From Nitrospirota bacterium (GTDB taxonomy: Bacteria; Nitrospirota; Thermodesulfovibrionia; Thermodesulfovibrionales; Dissulfurispiraceae): a stretch of 64,000 bases of DNA. The translations under genes were made by a program, and so were the position numbers. Below, in pieces: positions 1-9,625 of this stretch; the stretch's first letter is position 1, and the number at the start of each line of letters is the position of its first letter. Below the pieces are notes generated by a model. It ran no database searches, had not been told where the DNA came from, and saw only the letters and a program-made list of their open reading frames with translations. The DNA lies in assembly GCA_963790025.1 (NCBI GenBank), contig CAWBMP010000005.1, positions 96,001 to 160,000 of the forward strand. The letters are read 5' to 3'.

Positions 1-1078
1 CGCCCTTCTTAATGTCGCCAATATAATTTGCATTCTTATGCTGGCCGATCGATTGTCAAATCCGATTGTAGCAGTAGCGATAGGCGTTGTGTTTGGAGGT
101 TTTGTGCAGTTCGGATGCCAGGTACCTTCTTTCTTTAAAAGCGGGTACGTGTTTTTTCAGAGGAAGAAAAATACAGAGCGCGATGCTTTCTGGCATCCTG
201 GGCTCAAGAAAATCGGGCGACTTATTGTTCCGGCTACTGCCGGACTCGCGATAACCCAGATAAACATATTTATAAGCACGATCCTTGCCTCGAGTCTTCC
301 GATAGGCAGCATCACCTATCTGTATTATTCGATGAGACTGATCCATTTCCCTGTAGGCATCTTCGGAGTTGCCATGGGAATGGCAGTGCTGCCGGCATTA
401 TCGGAGCATTCGGCAAATGGCGAAACCGACAAGATCAGGGAAGATTTCTCATTTGCGCTTCGCCTCCTGTTCTTTATATCTGTGCCTGCCATGGCAGGGC
501 TAATAGCTCTGAGGTATCCCATTGTTTCCACCCTGTACATGAGGGGCAGGTTCGGCATGGCAGCGACTACAGGAACTGCTGATGCCCTGATGTTCTATTC
601 TGTCGGTATATGGTCTATGGTCGGCGTCAGGGTCATTACAGCGACGTTTTATTCAATGCAGAATACGCGCACCCCGGTGATTATAGCGGGGGCAGCAATG
701 CTGACAAATATTCTGTTGAGCCTGGCGTTAATGGGCCCGATGCTGCACCGTGGCCTTGCCTTCGCGAATGCCATAGCCTCGGGAGTAAATTTTCTGCTTC
801 TTTTCTATTTCCTTAGAAAAAGGCTCGGCAGTCTCGGCACAAGGAGGATAGTCCTATCGTTTGCAAAGACATTTCTGGCGGCTGCCTTAATGGGATTTAC
901 AGGATGGCTACTGGCAAGGCGTACCTTGATATGGACTGAGGGCGGACACGAGCTTCATAGGGCGGGATACCTCGCCGTAATCATGGTTTTATGCCTCGGA
1001 ATATATGCCGCTGTATCGTATTTGATAAAAAATGAGGAAATGGGATATATAATAAAGAAGATAAGAAGTAGGCAGTAA
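1..1078 (+). CDS. murJ: Lipid II flippase MurJ/MviN, 5'-truncated by the window edge
   Basis: The frame stays open upstream of the tracked Met to the window start. Multi-TM protein with QINIFISTILAS..GSITYLYYSMRL..FPVGIFG and FYS..NTRTP motifs. Confidence 0.93.
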   Translation, partial: ALLNVANIICILMLADRLSNPIVAVAIGVVFGGFVQFGCQVPSFFKSGYVFFQRKKNTERDAFWHPGLKKIGRLIVPATAGLAITQINIFISTILASSLPIGSITYLYYSMRLIHFPVGIFGVAMGMAVLPALSEHSANGETDKIREDFSFALRLLFFISVPAMAGLIALRYPIVSTLYMRGRFGMAATTGTADALMFYSVGIWSMVGVRVITATFYSMQNTRTPVIIAGAAMLTNILLSLALMGPMLHRGLAFANAIASGVNFLLLFYFLRKRLGSLGTRRIVLSFAKTFLAAALMGFTGWLLARRTLIWTEGGHELHRAGYLAVIMVLCLGIYAAVSYLIKNEEMGYIIKKIRSRQ

Positions 1079-1143
1079 GCAGCAAAGGACAAATATACAA
1101 GACCTATAAGTGAATTTTTTTGCTGCTTACTGCCTGCTTCTTA
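1062..1143. repeat. 25-bp inverted repeat built from heptamer units (hairpin at the murJ 3' end)
   Basis: taagaagtaggcagtaagcagcaaa (1062-1086) pairs with tttgctgcttactgcctgcttctta (1119-1143); the only difference is a G-U wobble. Confidence 0.85.
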
Positions 1144-1161
1144 CTATTTTTAGGGGGTGCT

Positions 1162-1788
1162 ATGATCGTAAAAAGTATTGCTGTCGGGCCGCTTCAGGCC
1201 AATTGTATTATAGTTGCCGACGAGCCGTCCAAAAAAGCCATTATTGTGGACCCCGGAGACGAGCCTGACCGGATAATTGACATTATCAATGACATGGGAC
1301 TAACCGTTGAATGTATAGTATGCACGCACGGCCATTTTGATCATATGGGCGTGGTAAGCGATATTAAAAAAGAGACAGGGGCACGGGTTGCCATACACCG
1401 GGACGAGCTTACGGTATATAAAGGCTCAAAGGATATGGCTGCGATGTGGGGTTTTTCTATGGACTCCGTTCCTGAGCCCGATATCTTATTGTGTGAAGGC
1501 GATACTGTGGTGGTGGGAGATTTAAACCTTGCCGTTCTCCATACGCCGGGACACAGTCCCGGAGGTATATGTCTTTACGGAGAAAATACGGTTATAACGG
1601 GCGACACCCTGTTTCAGGGCTCTGTAGGGAGGACAGACTTTTACGGCGGTGACATGGAAAAGCTCAAACAATCTTTTCGCAGGCTGATGGCGCTGCCGGA
1701 AGATACGAAAGTTTTTCCGGGGCATGGGCCTGCCACGACTATCGGCCATGAGAAAAAATGGAACATGTTTTCAGAAGAATTCCTGTAG
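1162..1788 (+). CDS. MBL-fold metallo-hydrolase (glyoxalase II-like)
   Basis: THGHFDH, HTPGHSPG, GDTLF, PGHG motifs; ATG 1162 follows AGGGGG. Confidence 0.9.
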   Translation: MIVKSIAVGPLQANCIIVADEPSKKAIIVDPGDEPDRIIDIINDMGLTVECIVCTHGHFDHMGVVSDIKKETGARVAIHRDELTVYKGSKDMAAMWGFSMDSVPEPDILLCEGDTVVVGDLNLAVLHTPGHSPGGICLYGENTVITGDTLFQGSVGRTDFYGGDMEKLKQSFRRLMALPEDTKVFPGHGPATTIGHEKKWNMFSEEFL

Positions 1789-1987
1789 TTAAGGCAGTTG
1801 ATGAATGACCTGAAAAAATAGCGGACATAAGAGAGAAATTTGTTATCCATTTCGATTTTCACCTTTAAAATTTTCTTCTTTAAGGTACTCTTCGTTAACA
1901 ATAGGCAAACATATTTCTCCCGGCTGATTGCGTGTGGTATAATTGCTAAGTTTATTTATTGTTAAACAATGAAACAGGAGGAGAGAA

Positions 1988-3259
1988 ATGAAGCGTTTGT
2001 GGCTGTTGGTTGTTATTACTATATTTGGCACGGCATTGTTTGCGGTTTTTCAGACCGGCACGTTTGCTTCCGAACGCCCAGGGGTCTCCGAAAAGTCGAA
2101 GACTTTTGGGGGTTCAGATGGAAGCGGCATTACCTTGCAGGTGGATAAGACGTCGCTGAATAATGGCGGGACAATTACAATTACAGGATCGGCCCCTCCG
2201 GGTAAGCCCGTCTATATTGAAGTATGGTCCGAAAAGCAGGTGCGCGCATCCCGTTTCGATTCCGATGTGGACAAGGATACGGGGAAAAGACCTTATATTC
2301 TTTACATGACTCATGAAATGCCTGCTTACTACAACATCTTTGTCCCGAAAGACCAGAAGGACAATCTGGACAAGATAAAAAAAGAAGGTAAGCAGTGGAG
2401 TTTCTCAAAGGCCCTGAAGGATGTAGGCGCCGACGAGGTTTACTCTGTACCGGCGGCAATAAAGATAGACAGATATCAGGCCACGCTTATGGGCAGCATT
2501 ATAGGGTCCCGGGGAGATATGCTTCCGGCAATGGACAAAAAAGAGAACCGGAAACTTTCAATGCAGTTGGCAAAAGTCCGTTTCAGATCTCCCGACAAAG
2601 TACTCGGGGCAGGAGTTGAAGTAAACCCGGACGGCACTTATAAGGCAGTTCTGGACATCAGGAAAGGGCTTGCCCCCGGCAAATATAATATCGTGGCGGC
2701 AATTGACAAGAACACAAGAAGCCGGCCTGCTGTTTTTGAAAACAATATTACATTTCCGCATATTTATCTCGGCAACGCCGGTACGAGCCTGAACATTTTC
2801 TGGCCCTTTTTCCTGTCTCTGATCGTCTCTATATTCGGGGTGCTTATGGGCGCTGGAGGCGGTTTCATAATGAACCCTCTTCTGGTTTCCATCTGGCCGC
2901 TTCCGCATGCAGTTGTGGCCGGGACTGTTATGCCCACTGTCCTGTTTTCGCAAGGCAGCGGTATTTATAACTATTCGAGGATAAAATTCATCAGTTGGAA
3001 GCTGGGCATCGCCATAGGGCTCGCAATGGTTGTCGGAGGTTTTATCGGACCAAAGCTGACCGAGTTGATTACTCTCGATCAGTTTAAATTCGTCTTCGGA
3101 TGGATCCTGATTGTGCTTGCGGCACTTATGTATTGGCAGACGACGCCGGGATATATGTCAAGGAACAAGAAGGAACAGGCCATCCTGAAGGAATTCAAGA
3201 AAAAGGCCGAGGAATGCATAAAGGCCAAAGAAGAATGCTCATTGAATGAAGCTAAATAG
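1988..3259 (+). CDS. TauE/SafE (TSUP) transporter N-half fused to a large exported soluble domain
   Basis: Signal peptide, ~250 aa hydrophilic region, then the TauE motif FGVLMGAGGGFIMNPLL..AVVAGT and ~4-5 TM helices; RBS AGGAGG. Confidence 0.8.
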   Translation: MKRLWLLVVITIFGTALFAVFQTGTFASERPGVSEKSKTFGGSDGSGITLQVDKTSLNNGGTITITGSAPPGKPVYIEVWSEKQVRASRFDSDVDKDTGKRPYILYMTHEMPAYYNIFVPKDQKDNLDKIKKEGKQWSFSKALKDVGADEVYSVPAAIKIDRYQATLMGSIIGSRGDMLPAMDKKENRKLSMQLAKVRFRSPDKVLGAGVEVNPDGTYKAVLDIRKGLAPGKYNIVAAIDKNTRSRPAVFENNITFPHIYLGNAGTSLNIFWPFFLSLIVSIFGVLMGAGGGFIMNPLLVSIWPLPHAVVAGTVMPTVLFSQGSGIYNYSRIKFISWKLGIAIGLAMVVGGFIGPKLTELITLDQFKFVFGWILIVLAALMYWQTTPGYMSRNKKEQAILKEFKKKAEECIKAKEECSLNEAK

Positions 3260-3268
3260 GAGGCTGGA

Positions 3269-3658
3269 ATGAAAGTTACTTTTTGGGGACACGAATTTGA
3301 AGTTAATTTAATATTAGGGTGTATAGGAGGTTTCCTCATAGCGATAGTCTCATCGATGTTCGGTTTCGGAGGCGGCCCTTTTATGGTGCCGCTTATGACC
3401 GTAGGCCTCGGACTGCCCATGTACATCGTGGTCGGCAGCTCCCTTCTGGCTATTTTCTTTAATACATTGATGGGGACCATGCGCCATTACCAGTTTGGGA
3501 ACTTCGACCTTGTTTTCTTTCTTGTCATGTTCCCCGCCGCGGTCCTGGGCGGTTTTATCGGTCCGCAGATTGCTAAGAGGGTGAGTCCACTGGTGGTAAA
3601 GAGGATAGCTGTCGCCGGGTTGTTTATTCTGGCATTGAATCTGCTTGGGGTTTACTGA
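3269..3658 (+). CDS. TauE/SafE transporter C-half (separate polypeptide)
   Basis: SSMFGFGGGPFMVPLM..VVGSSL TauE repeat, ~4 TM helices, own RBS GGAGG. Confidence 0.82.
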   Translation: MKVTFWGHEFEVNLILGCIGGFLIAIVSSMFGFGGGPFMVPLMTVGLGLPMYIVVGSSLLAIFFNTLMGTMRHYQFGNFDLVFFLVMFPAAVLGGFIGPQIAKRVSPLVVKRIAVAGLFILALNLLGVY

Positions 3659-3660
3659 TC

Positions 3661-3720
3661 GGTAAAGGAGTATATGGGCCTATTCACTCGTTTACTCATT
3701 CACTCTTTTACCCATATACT
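3661..3720. repeat. Degenerate octamer tandem repeat with inverted arm
   Basis: attcactc gtttactc attcactc ttttaccc atatact, preceded by complementary ggtaaag gagtatat ggg. Confidence 0.6.
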
Positions 3721-3737
3721 ATAAATTGGAGGTAATG

Positions 3738-5825
3738 ATGGGAGATATATCATCAGTTTACAGCATGTGCGGAATGTGCGCTGTAAGATGTCCGATCAGG
3801 GTGGAGGTAGAGGACGGCGTACTGAAATGGATTGAGGGTAATCAGCACGTACCGGGGATACAAGGAAGCCTTTGTGCAAAAGGGTCTGCCGGGCTGGCAT
3901 TTGAATATGATACGGAGAGGCCCCAATATCCCATGATAAGGACCGGCCCGAGGGGTTCTGGAGAGTGGCGGAAGGCAACATGGGGCGAAGCACTGGATTT
4001 CATAACAGATAGCCTAAAAAAAATAAGGGAAAAATACGGCAGTAAGGCAATTGCTATTGCAGACAGGTCCGGCCCTTTTACGGACCTGTCCAAAAGCTTT
4101 ATTAAGGCACTTGGATCTCCAAACTACTTTGACCATGACGACGCGTGCGCCAAGAATGTAAATCTGGCTTGCCAATCTGTTTTCGGATATGGACGCGGCG
4201 ACATATCTTACGATTTTGCGAATACCGGCCATATTGTGTTATACGGAAGAAATGTATTCGAATCGCTGCAGGTCAAGGAAGTAAATAATATCCTCGATGC
4301 CATGGACGCGGGTACAAAACTGACTTATATAGATATCAGGGCAACGGTGACTGCTTCAAAAGCTGACAAGTTCCTCATGATCAGACCCGGGACGGATTAT
4401 GCACTTAATCTCGCCCTTATTCATGTGATTTTAAAAGAGAGGCTGTATGATGCCGACTTTGTAAATAAATGGGTGGCGGGGCTGACGGAGCTTGAAGGCT
4501 TCGTTGCGCCTTATACTCCGGAATGGGCTGAAAAGGAAACAGGGATACCGGCTTATGAAATTACCGGTCTGGCGCATGATGTGGGCCGGAACAGGCCAAG
4601 AGTAATATTTCACGGCGGCTGGATGCTCTCGCGTTACATCGATTCATTTTACAGCAGCAGGTCGATTTATATCTTAAATGCCTTGATGGGAAATATCGAG
4701 ACGAAAGGCGGACTGATTATTGCAAAAGGACCGAAGGACGCAGGAGCAAGGCCGCTGCGTTCTCTCGGAGAATCGATTCCGGAGGTCAAAGACAAGATAG
4801 TCGACGCAGGGATGCCGGACAAGTCTCTGGGGACAGGACATATCATAAACCTGTACAAGGCGATTAAAACAGGAGTTCCTTATCCTGTAAAGGCGTTTTT
4901 CGCATATCGTTATGACCCTATGGCGTCTCTGCCTGACCCTGAAGCTCAGAAAAAGGTACTGGACAATCTTGACCTGCTTGTTTCCATAGACGTTAATTAT
5001 AGTGAAACTGGATGGTATTCTGATGTAATACTGCCCGAAGCCACATATCTGGAGAGGTCCAATATAATAGCGACGCAGAAGGGTCCGAAGCCGGGCTTTA
5101 TAATGAGGAGGCAAGCTATTGCGCCAAGATTTGACAGCAAGCCTGCATGGGAGATATTCACGCTTGTTGGCGGGAAAATGGGAGCCGGCGAGTATTTCCC
5201 GTACAAGAGCATAGAGGACATCTGGAATTACCAGCTGTCGGGCACAGGGATTACGATTGACGACTTCGACAAGAAGGGAATGGTGGGCCTTGCAGAAAAA
5301 CCTTTGCTTATGGACAGGGACGATCTCAAATTCAAGACCCCCTCCGGGAAGATCGAGTTTGTTTCCGGGGTGCTGTCAAAGAACACTTTCGAGTCATTTG
5401 CTTCTTATGTGAGTCCCCAAAAACCCGAAGACGGTTGTTTCAGGCTGGCATTCGGGAGGACGGCGGTCCATGCCCACGCTCAGTCGCAGAACAATATCTA
5501 TCTCAACGAGATTATTTCCGAAAATGTGCTCTGGATAAACAGGGAGGCGGCGGACAAGCTCGGTATAAACGATGGCGAAATGGTGGAAGTGAGCACTGAC
5601 GGATACAGCGGCAGGATCAGGGCAAAAGTTACGCCATACATACATCTCGAAGCGGTTTTTATGCTGCATGGCTTCGGCAATGAGATCCCGCTGAAAACCA
5701 GGTCTTTTAAAAAGGGACTGAGGGACACGAAGTTCGCCGGTGGGCTGCTGGAAACAGTGGATCCTGTCGGGGGCGGCGTTGCCTATCTTGAATGCATGGT
5801 GAGGGTCAGGAGGATTAAAGAATGA
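3738..5825 (+). CDS. Molybdopterin oxidoreductase catalytic subunit, polysulfide/thiosulfate reductase (PsrA/PhsA)-like, no Tat leader
   Basis: N-terminal CGMCAVRC..C 4Fe-4S motif, GSLCAKG, HDDAC candidate Mo-ligand Cys, DVILPEATYLER, C-terminal molybdopterin-binding domain. RBS GGAGG; alternative ATG at 3735. Confidence 0.85.
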   Translation: MGDISSVYSMCGMCAVRCPIRVEVEDGVLKWIEGNQHVPGIQGSLCAKGSAGLAFEYDTERPQYPMIRTGPRGSGEWRKATWGEALDFITDSLKKIREKYGSKAIAIADRSGPFTDLSKSFIKALGSPNYFDHDDACAKNVNLACQSVFGYGRGDISYDFANTGHIVLYGRNVFESLQVKEVNNILDAMDAGTKLTYIDIRATVTASKADKFLMIRPGTDYALNLALIHVILKERLYDADFVNKWVAGLTELEGFVAPYTPEWAEKETGIPAYEITGLAHDVGRNRPRVIFHGGWMLSRYIDSFYSSRSIYILNALMGNIETKGGLIIAKGPKDAGARPLRSLGESIPEVKDKIVDAGMPDKSLGTGHIINLYKAIKTGVPYPVKAFFAYRYDPMASLPDPEAQKKVLDNLDLLVSIDVNYSETGWYSDVILPEATYLERSNIIATQKGPKPGFIMRRQAIAPRFDSKPAWEIFTLVGGKMGAGEYFPYKSIEDIWNYQLSGTGITIDDFDKKGMVGLAEKPLLMDRDDLKFKTPSGKIEFVSGVLSKNTFESFASYVSPQKPEDGCFRLAFGRTAVHAHAQSQNNIYLNEIISENVLWINREAADKLGINDGEMVEVSTDGYSGRIRAKVTPYIHLEAVFMLHGFGNEIPLKTRSFKKGLRDTKFAGGLLETVDPVGGGVAYLECMVRVRRIKE

Positions 5826-6331
5826 GCGAGTATTACATATATCAGGACCAGAAGAGATGCATAGGATGCTATGCATGCGAGGTGCACTGCAAGACCAAAA
5901 ACAATCTGCCGGTCGGCCCCAGGTTCTGCAGGATCATCCCGGTAGGGCCGAAGATGACAGCGGGTATCCCGAAAATGCAGTTTATCTTCATGCCCTGTTT
6001 CCATTGCGAAAAGCCGTGGTGTGTTTCGGCATGCCCGACAGGGGCGATGCAGAGAAGGGCAAAGGACGGCATTGTATTCGTTGAGCAGTCGTTGTGTGTG
6101 GGCTGCAAGTCATGCATAACCGCCTGCCCGTGGGGTGTGCCCCAGTGGGACCATGAAACCGGCAAAGTAATAAAGTGCGATTACTGCAGGGACCGGGTTG
6201 ACAAAGGCCTGAAACCGGCATGCGTCATCAAATGCACTGCACACGCGCTTCGCTGGGTCACTCCGGAAGAAGCATCCGGTTTGAAAAGAGAAAGATTTGC
6301 AAAAGAGGTCGCCGAAAATTTCAATTACTAA
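5822..6331 (+). CDS. 4Fe-4S electron-transfer subunit (PsrB/DmsB/NrfC family)
   Basis: CIGCYACEVHC, CFHCEKPWCVSACP, CVGCKSCITACP, KCDYC..PACV; ATGA overlap with the upstream gene. Confidence 0.92.
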   Translation: MSEYYIYQDQKRCIGCYACEVHCKTKNNLPVGPRFCRIIPVGPKMTAGIPKMQFIFMPCFHCEKPWCVSACPTGAMQRRAKDGIVFVEQSLCVGCKSCITACPWGVPQWDHETGKVIKCDYCRDRVDKGLKPACVIKCTAHALRWVTPEEASGLKRERFAKEVAENFNY

Positions 6332-6344
6332 TCTGCATAAGACC

Positions 6345-7145
6345 ATGACTGTAAGATTTGAAATCGACGGTAAAAAAATTGTTGCGGAGCAGGGAGTGAC
6401 TGTTCTGGATGCGGCCGGCAGAGAAGGCATCCGGATCCCCACGCTTTGTTACCATAAGGCACTCGGGCCGAATGGTGTGTGCAGATTATGCATAGTCGAA
6501 GCGCAGGGACCTGGGTTAAGCGGTATGGTCACTACCTCATGCAATCTCAAAGCCACAGAAGGCATGGTTGTCGAAACATCTTCGGAGCATATAATTTCGA
6601 TGAGAAAGACTTTGCTCGACCTGCTGCTTTCCGGCACGGTTTTATCCGCACAACTTAAGGAATTGGCGGAGGCTGCCGGTGTTCGCGGGGGCCGGTTTAA
6701 AATCGAAAAGAGCGATAAGTGCATATTATGCGGACTCTGTGTGAGAGTGTGCCGTAACGTTATAGGGGCAGCCGCATTGCTTTTCGAAACATCGGGCAAG
6801 AACCGCAACAGCGTTGCGGAAGAGATCAGTTTGCTTCGGGAACGCTGCATAGGTTGCGGAGCATGCGCCGCTGTTTGCCCGGTATCCGCCATAAGGATGG
6901 AGGATACCGGTTTAAAGCGAAATATTATTGTTTATGGCGATATCGCAAATGCTTTGGATTTGGTTTCATGCAATATGTGCGGAACGCCATATGCGCCGCA
7001 GAAATTCATAGATTCGGTCGTGTCCCGGATCGATGTGGAATTGAGAAAAGGAATAAAAAAACTTTGTCCCGAATGTGCCCGTCGCTTTTATGTGGGGGCG
7101 TTAACAGGGGAGTTTCAGCCTGATTCTTTTCAAGTGCGGGAGTAA
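6345..7145 (+). CDS. 2Fe-2S/4Fe-4S protein (NuoG-N/HoxU-like diaphorase small subunit)
   Basis: IPTLC..GVCRLC..C 2Fe-2S motif, CILCGLCVRVC, CIGCGACAAVCP, extra CNMCG/CPEC. Confidence 0.85.
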   Translation: MTVRFEIDGKKIVAEQGVTVLDAAGREGIRIPTLCYHKALGPNGVCRLCIVEAQGPGLSGMVTTSCNLKATEGMVVETSSEHIISMRKTLLDLLLSGTVLSAQLKELAEAAGVRGGRFKIEKSDKCILCGLCVRVCRNVIGAAALLFETSGKNRNSVAEEISLLRERCIGCGACAAVCPVSAIRMEDTGLKRNIIVYGDIANALDLVSCNMCGTPYAPQKFIDSVVSRIDVELRKGIKKLCPECARRFYVGALTGEFQPDSFQVRE

Positions 7146-7148
7146 AAC

Positions 7149-9098
7149 ATGGTTGAAAAAGCCTTTTCTTTTTGGAATAACGAACTGAACGAAACTTTTG
7201 CGCCTCTTAAACACGGAGAAAAACAGCTTGCGGCAGTTATAGGCTGGGACGGAATCCAGGTATTCGATCCCGGCATCGACATCATCAGTCTTTGCTATGA
7301 ATATGCCTGTGCTGTGCGGGAAAGTTCCTGCGGGCAATGTATACCTTGCAGAACGGGTTCACGCGTACTGGCGGATATTTTCAGGAGAATAAGAGACGGC
7401 GAAGGACGGCCTGTTGACCTTGACGACATAAAAAGCATCTCGACGGCAATGGCTGAAGCCTCGATGTGCGAGATAGGCAAAAGCTCCCTGCGCGTGTTCC
7501 TATTCCTCATGGAGAAGGTCAAGGATATATTCATGGCTGCAATCAAGGGCACCACGGAGAAGAGGAATGGATATATATATAAATCCATAGTAACAGCCCC
7601 CTGCATACAGGCATGTCCCATACATCTTGACATCCCGAAATATATTGAGGAAATAAAATTCGGAAGGTTCCGAGAATCATTGGAAGTTATAAGGCAACGA
7701 CTCCCTCTGCCGGGTGTCGTGGGCAGGGTCTGCGTGCGGCCATGTGAGTCCAACTGCAGGCGGGGACTCGTCGATGAGCCGATACAAATAAAACACCTGA
7801 AGCGGTTTGCTGCGGACAATGCGGCTGTTGAGGAAGCTGTGCAGTGTGGGCGGCGCGGGGTGCGGGTGGCGATAGTGGGCGCCGGCCCCTCCGGGCTCAC
7901 ATGTGCACATTTTCTTGCTCGACTGGGGTATGACGTCACCATCTTCGAGATGCTGCCTGAACCCGGCGGTATGGCTGCGGTCGGCATTCCCGATTACCGG
8001 CTGCCCCGAGCTGTGCTGCGCAGTGAAGTAAAAGCCATAGAAGATCAGGGCGTTAAAATATTTTATGGGCATGCGCTCGGTGTACATTTCACTTTGGACG
8101 ACCTTGAAGAACAGGGATTCAAGGCCGTCTTTATAGGCATGGGTTGCCATTGCCATAAAAAAATGGACATCGAGGGAGAGGACGCCGGATATTACGGTTA
8201 TGTGCCGGGCGTATATTTCCTGAGGAATATTAATCTCGGACTTATGGATGAAGTGCCACGAGGAAAAAAAATTGCAGTTGTCGGAGGAGGCAATGTTGCG
8301 ATAGATTGTGCGCGCATCGCCTTCAGATCAGGTTTTGAGGAATCTCATGTTGTTTACCGCCGTTCGCGCAAAGAGATGCCTGCCGACCCTGTTGAAATTG
8401 CCGATGCCGGGGCCGAAGGGGTGCAATACCATTTTCTTACCGCCCCCAAAAAGATTATTGGTGAAAGCGGGAAAGTGACAGGACTGGAGTGCTTCAGGAT
8501 GGAACTGGGTGAGCCCGATGCCTCGGGCAGAAGAAGACCGGTTGGAGTCAAGGGTTCCGAATTTGTAATAAACGCCGATGTTATTGTTGCGGCCATCGGT
8601 CAGGAGGGAGATTTCTCATGCGTATGCAATCTTCCCGGCGTCAAAACATCGGAAAGGGGAGCGTTGATTGTCGATGAAAATTTAATGACTTCCAGAAAGG
8701 GTGTATTTGCCGGGGGCGACTGCGTTACCGGACCCGATGTGCTCATACGCGCCTGCGCTCACGGCAGGCTGGTAGGCCTTAAAATCGACCGGTTTATAAC
8801 GACGGGAAAGATCGGGGTCCTTGAAGAGGAAATGGATGAAAAGCTTTTGAACAGTTTCAGCGGCCTTGATGCGAATGAGAAGGTGAAAGTGCCCGGCGGA
8901 ACTGTGCGCATTCCTGTAAGACATGAGCCGCCGACGGCGAGAAAGGGGGATTTCCGGGAGGTGGATAAAGGGTTCACTCCTGAAGAAGCGGTTTCAGAGG
9001 CGAGCCGGTGTCTAAGGTGCTACAGAGTGCTCATGTATGTATATTCCAAACCCAATAGAACGTATATTGCAGAAGATAATAGTTCCGGAACTTTATAA
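7149..9098 (+). CDS. FAD/NAD(P)H-dependent Fe-S oxidoreductase (NuoF-type 4Fe-4S domain fused to a GltD/SudA-like domain)
   Basis: ESSCGQCIPCRTG..MCEIG, CIQACP, GRVCVRPCE, GAGPSG, GGGNVAIDCAR, YRRS, EASRCLRC. Confidence 0.88.
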   Translation: MVEKAFSFWNNELNETFAPLKHGEKQLAAVIGWDGIQVFDPGIDIISLCYEYACAVRESSCGQCIPCRTGSRVLADIFRRIRDGEGRPVDLDDIKSISTAMAEASMCEIGKSSLRVFLFLMEKVKDIFMAAIKGTTEKRNGYIYKSIVTAPCIQACPIHLDIPKYIEEIKFGRFRESLEVIRQRLPLPGVVGRVCVRPCESNCRRGLVDEPIQIKHLKRFAADNAAVEEAVQCGRRGVRVAIVGAGPSGLTCAHFLARLGYDVTIFEMLPEPGGMAAVGIPDYRLPRAVLRSEVKAIEDQGVKIFYGHALGVHFTLDDLEEQGFKAVFIGMGCHCHKKMDIEGEDAGYYGYVPGVYFLRNINLGLMDEVPRGKKIAVVGGGNVAIDCARIAFRSGFEESHVVYRRSRKEMPADPVEIADAGAEGVQYHFLTAPKKIIGESGKVTGLECFRMELGEPDASGRRRPVGVKGSEFVINADVIVAAIGQEGDFSCVCNLPGVKTSERGALIVDENLMTSRKGVFAGGDCVTGPDVLIRACAHGRLVGLKIDRFITTGKIGVLEEEMDEKLLNSFSGLDANEKVKVPGGTVRIPVRHEPPTARKGDFREVDKGFTPEEAVSEASRCLRCYRVLMYVYSKPNRTYIAEDNSSGTL

Positions 9099-9121
9099 TA
9101 TGTTAACGAAGTCGGAATGGC

Positions 9122-9625
9122 ATGATGGAAGGAACGCAGGAAATGGACCCACAGCCCGATAGCGAGCTCGTCCGGTATTCGACTGCCAAAGCAGAAGGCG
9201 TCAGGACTGTTCTCTTTGTATGCAGTGGTAATGCATTTCGTTCACAGGTCGCCGAGGGACTGGTAAATCATTATTTTAAGGGGCAATGGGCTGCCTTTTC
9301 CGCCGGGTTGCTGCCGGCTGGGATTCCCCGTGACCTTGTTAAAGTGATGGCCGAGCAGGGTATAGACATTAAAAGCCACCGATCAAAACATCTTGACCTG
9401 TTTACCGGGTGCTGTTTCGACAAGGTGTTCATCCTCTGTGCCGATGTAAGCCGGATCTGCCCGGAACTTCCCGGATATGGAGAAACAGAGGTCCTGTGTT
9501 TCCCCGACCCGCTTTCCGCTGCTGGATATGCCGAAGGATGCTGCATTGGAATAAAGGCGACTTTTCGAAGCCTTCGCGATTCAATGAAAACGACCCTTCT
9601 ATCTGTCATGAAGCGCCTCACATGA
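9122..9625 (+). CDS. LMW protein-tyrosine phosphatase / thioredoxin-type arsenate reductase family protein
   Basis: P-loop CSGNAFRSQVAEG (C-x5-R), SAG, distal C..CP and DP motifs; start codon uncertain. Confidence 0.8.
   Translation: MMEGTQEMDPQPDSELVRYSTAKAEGVRTVLFVCSGNAFRSQVAEGLVNHYFKGQWAAFSAGLLPAGIPRDLVKVMAEQGIDIKSHRSKHLDLFTGCCFDKVFILCADVSRICPELPGYGETEVLCFPDPLSAAGYAEGCCIGIKATFRSLRDSMKTTLLSVMKRLT

Noticed and set aside
1958..1970. ATTGTT-A-AACAAT palindrome before the TauE operon
   Set aside because: Short and in AT-rich DNA; cannot be tied to a regulator or separated from chance.
9409..9621. N-terminal extension of the dikinase ORF in the track
   Set aside because: Overlaps the CX5R gene; ATG 9622 with ATGA coupling is the better start.
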